Shown: positions 63,614 to 64,000 of the stretch, piece by piece
How the letters are laid out: each line of letters opens with the position of its first letter
How positions within the stretch are numbered: the first letter of the stretch is position 1
Source of the DNA: Lytechinus pictus
Taxonomy: Eukaryota
Direction of reading: 5' to 3'
DNA length: 64,000 nt
Assembly: GCF_037042905.1 (NCBI RefSeq)
Contig: NC_087251.1
Coordinates: 6,264,001 to 6,328,000, forward strand
Notes under the pieces: model-generated
What the model saw: the letters and a program-made list of their open reading frames with translations, nothing else
The model's database searches: none
What the model was told of the DNA's origin: nothing
Translations under genes and position numbers: made by a program

Positions 63614-64000
63614 TTTGTTGTCTCGCCCACCAGAGGTGAAGGCGAGACTTAGGGATCCAAATGTCGTCGGTCCGTCGTCCGTCCGTCACAAACCTTATGA
63701 CACATAACTCCAAAACCGTAAGTCACTTGTCAACCAAACTTGGATGGTAGATGGACTTGGGGGACCTGCATGTTATGCTGCAGTCAGAGGTCACATGGTA
63801 AGGTCAAAGGTCATTTTCGGGTCAACGTTAAAGTTTACATGCAAGACTCTCTTATGACACCTAACTCCGCAGCCGTAAGTCACTTTTCAACCAAACTTGG
63901 ATGGTAGATGGACTTGGGGGACCTTCATGTTATGCTGCAGTCGGGGGTCACATGGTAAGGTCAAAGGTCATTTTCAAAGTCAAAGTTTATGTGCAAGACT
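63614..64000 (+). mobile_element. HINE-like element (truncated by window end) in SCYL1 intron 3
   Basis: GTCTCGCC...GGCGAGAC hairpin, (CGTC)n tract, ~155-bp tandem units with GGTCAAAGGTCA. Confidence 0.6.

Overview
AT-rich, repeat-dense eukaryotic DNA. The repeat families look like those of a marine deuterostome, probably a sea urchin (inference). Three spliced host genes are recognisable: ITPK1 (first coding exon only, minus strand, 11605-11681), a complete four-exon MRPL49 (17984-45146, plus) and the first three coding exons of SCYL1 (55059-63548, plus). The most striking structure is MRPL49 intron 1 (25,278 nt). About 95% of it is one 24,134-bp unit (18248-42381) bounded by ~90-bp terminal inverted repeats (TIRs) and a perfect 9-bp target-site duplication (TSD). 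Nested inside it are a very young Gag-only LTR retrotransposon with apparently identical 525-bp LTRs and no pol, a 4.3-kb IS3EU-like foldback with (TACG)n arrays, a second 9-bp-TSD element with a bidirectional-promoter-like core, and a 0.9-kb foldback. A separate 4.1-kb TIR element ends 82 nt before the SCYL1 ATG. The rest is MITEs (hAT-, Kolobok-, Harbinger- and Tc1-like), Helentron-associated elements, CR1 fragments, tRNA-derived SINEs and simple repeats. All calls were made by eye; superfamily assignments rest on TIR/TSD signatures only.
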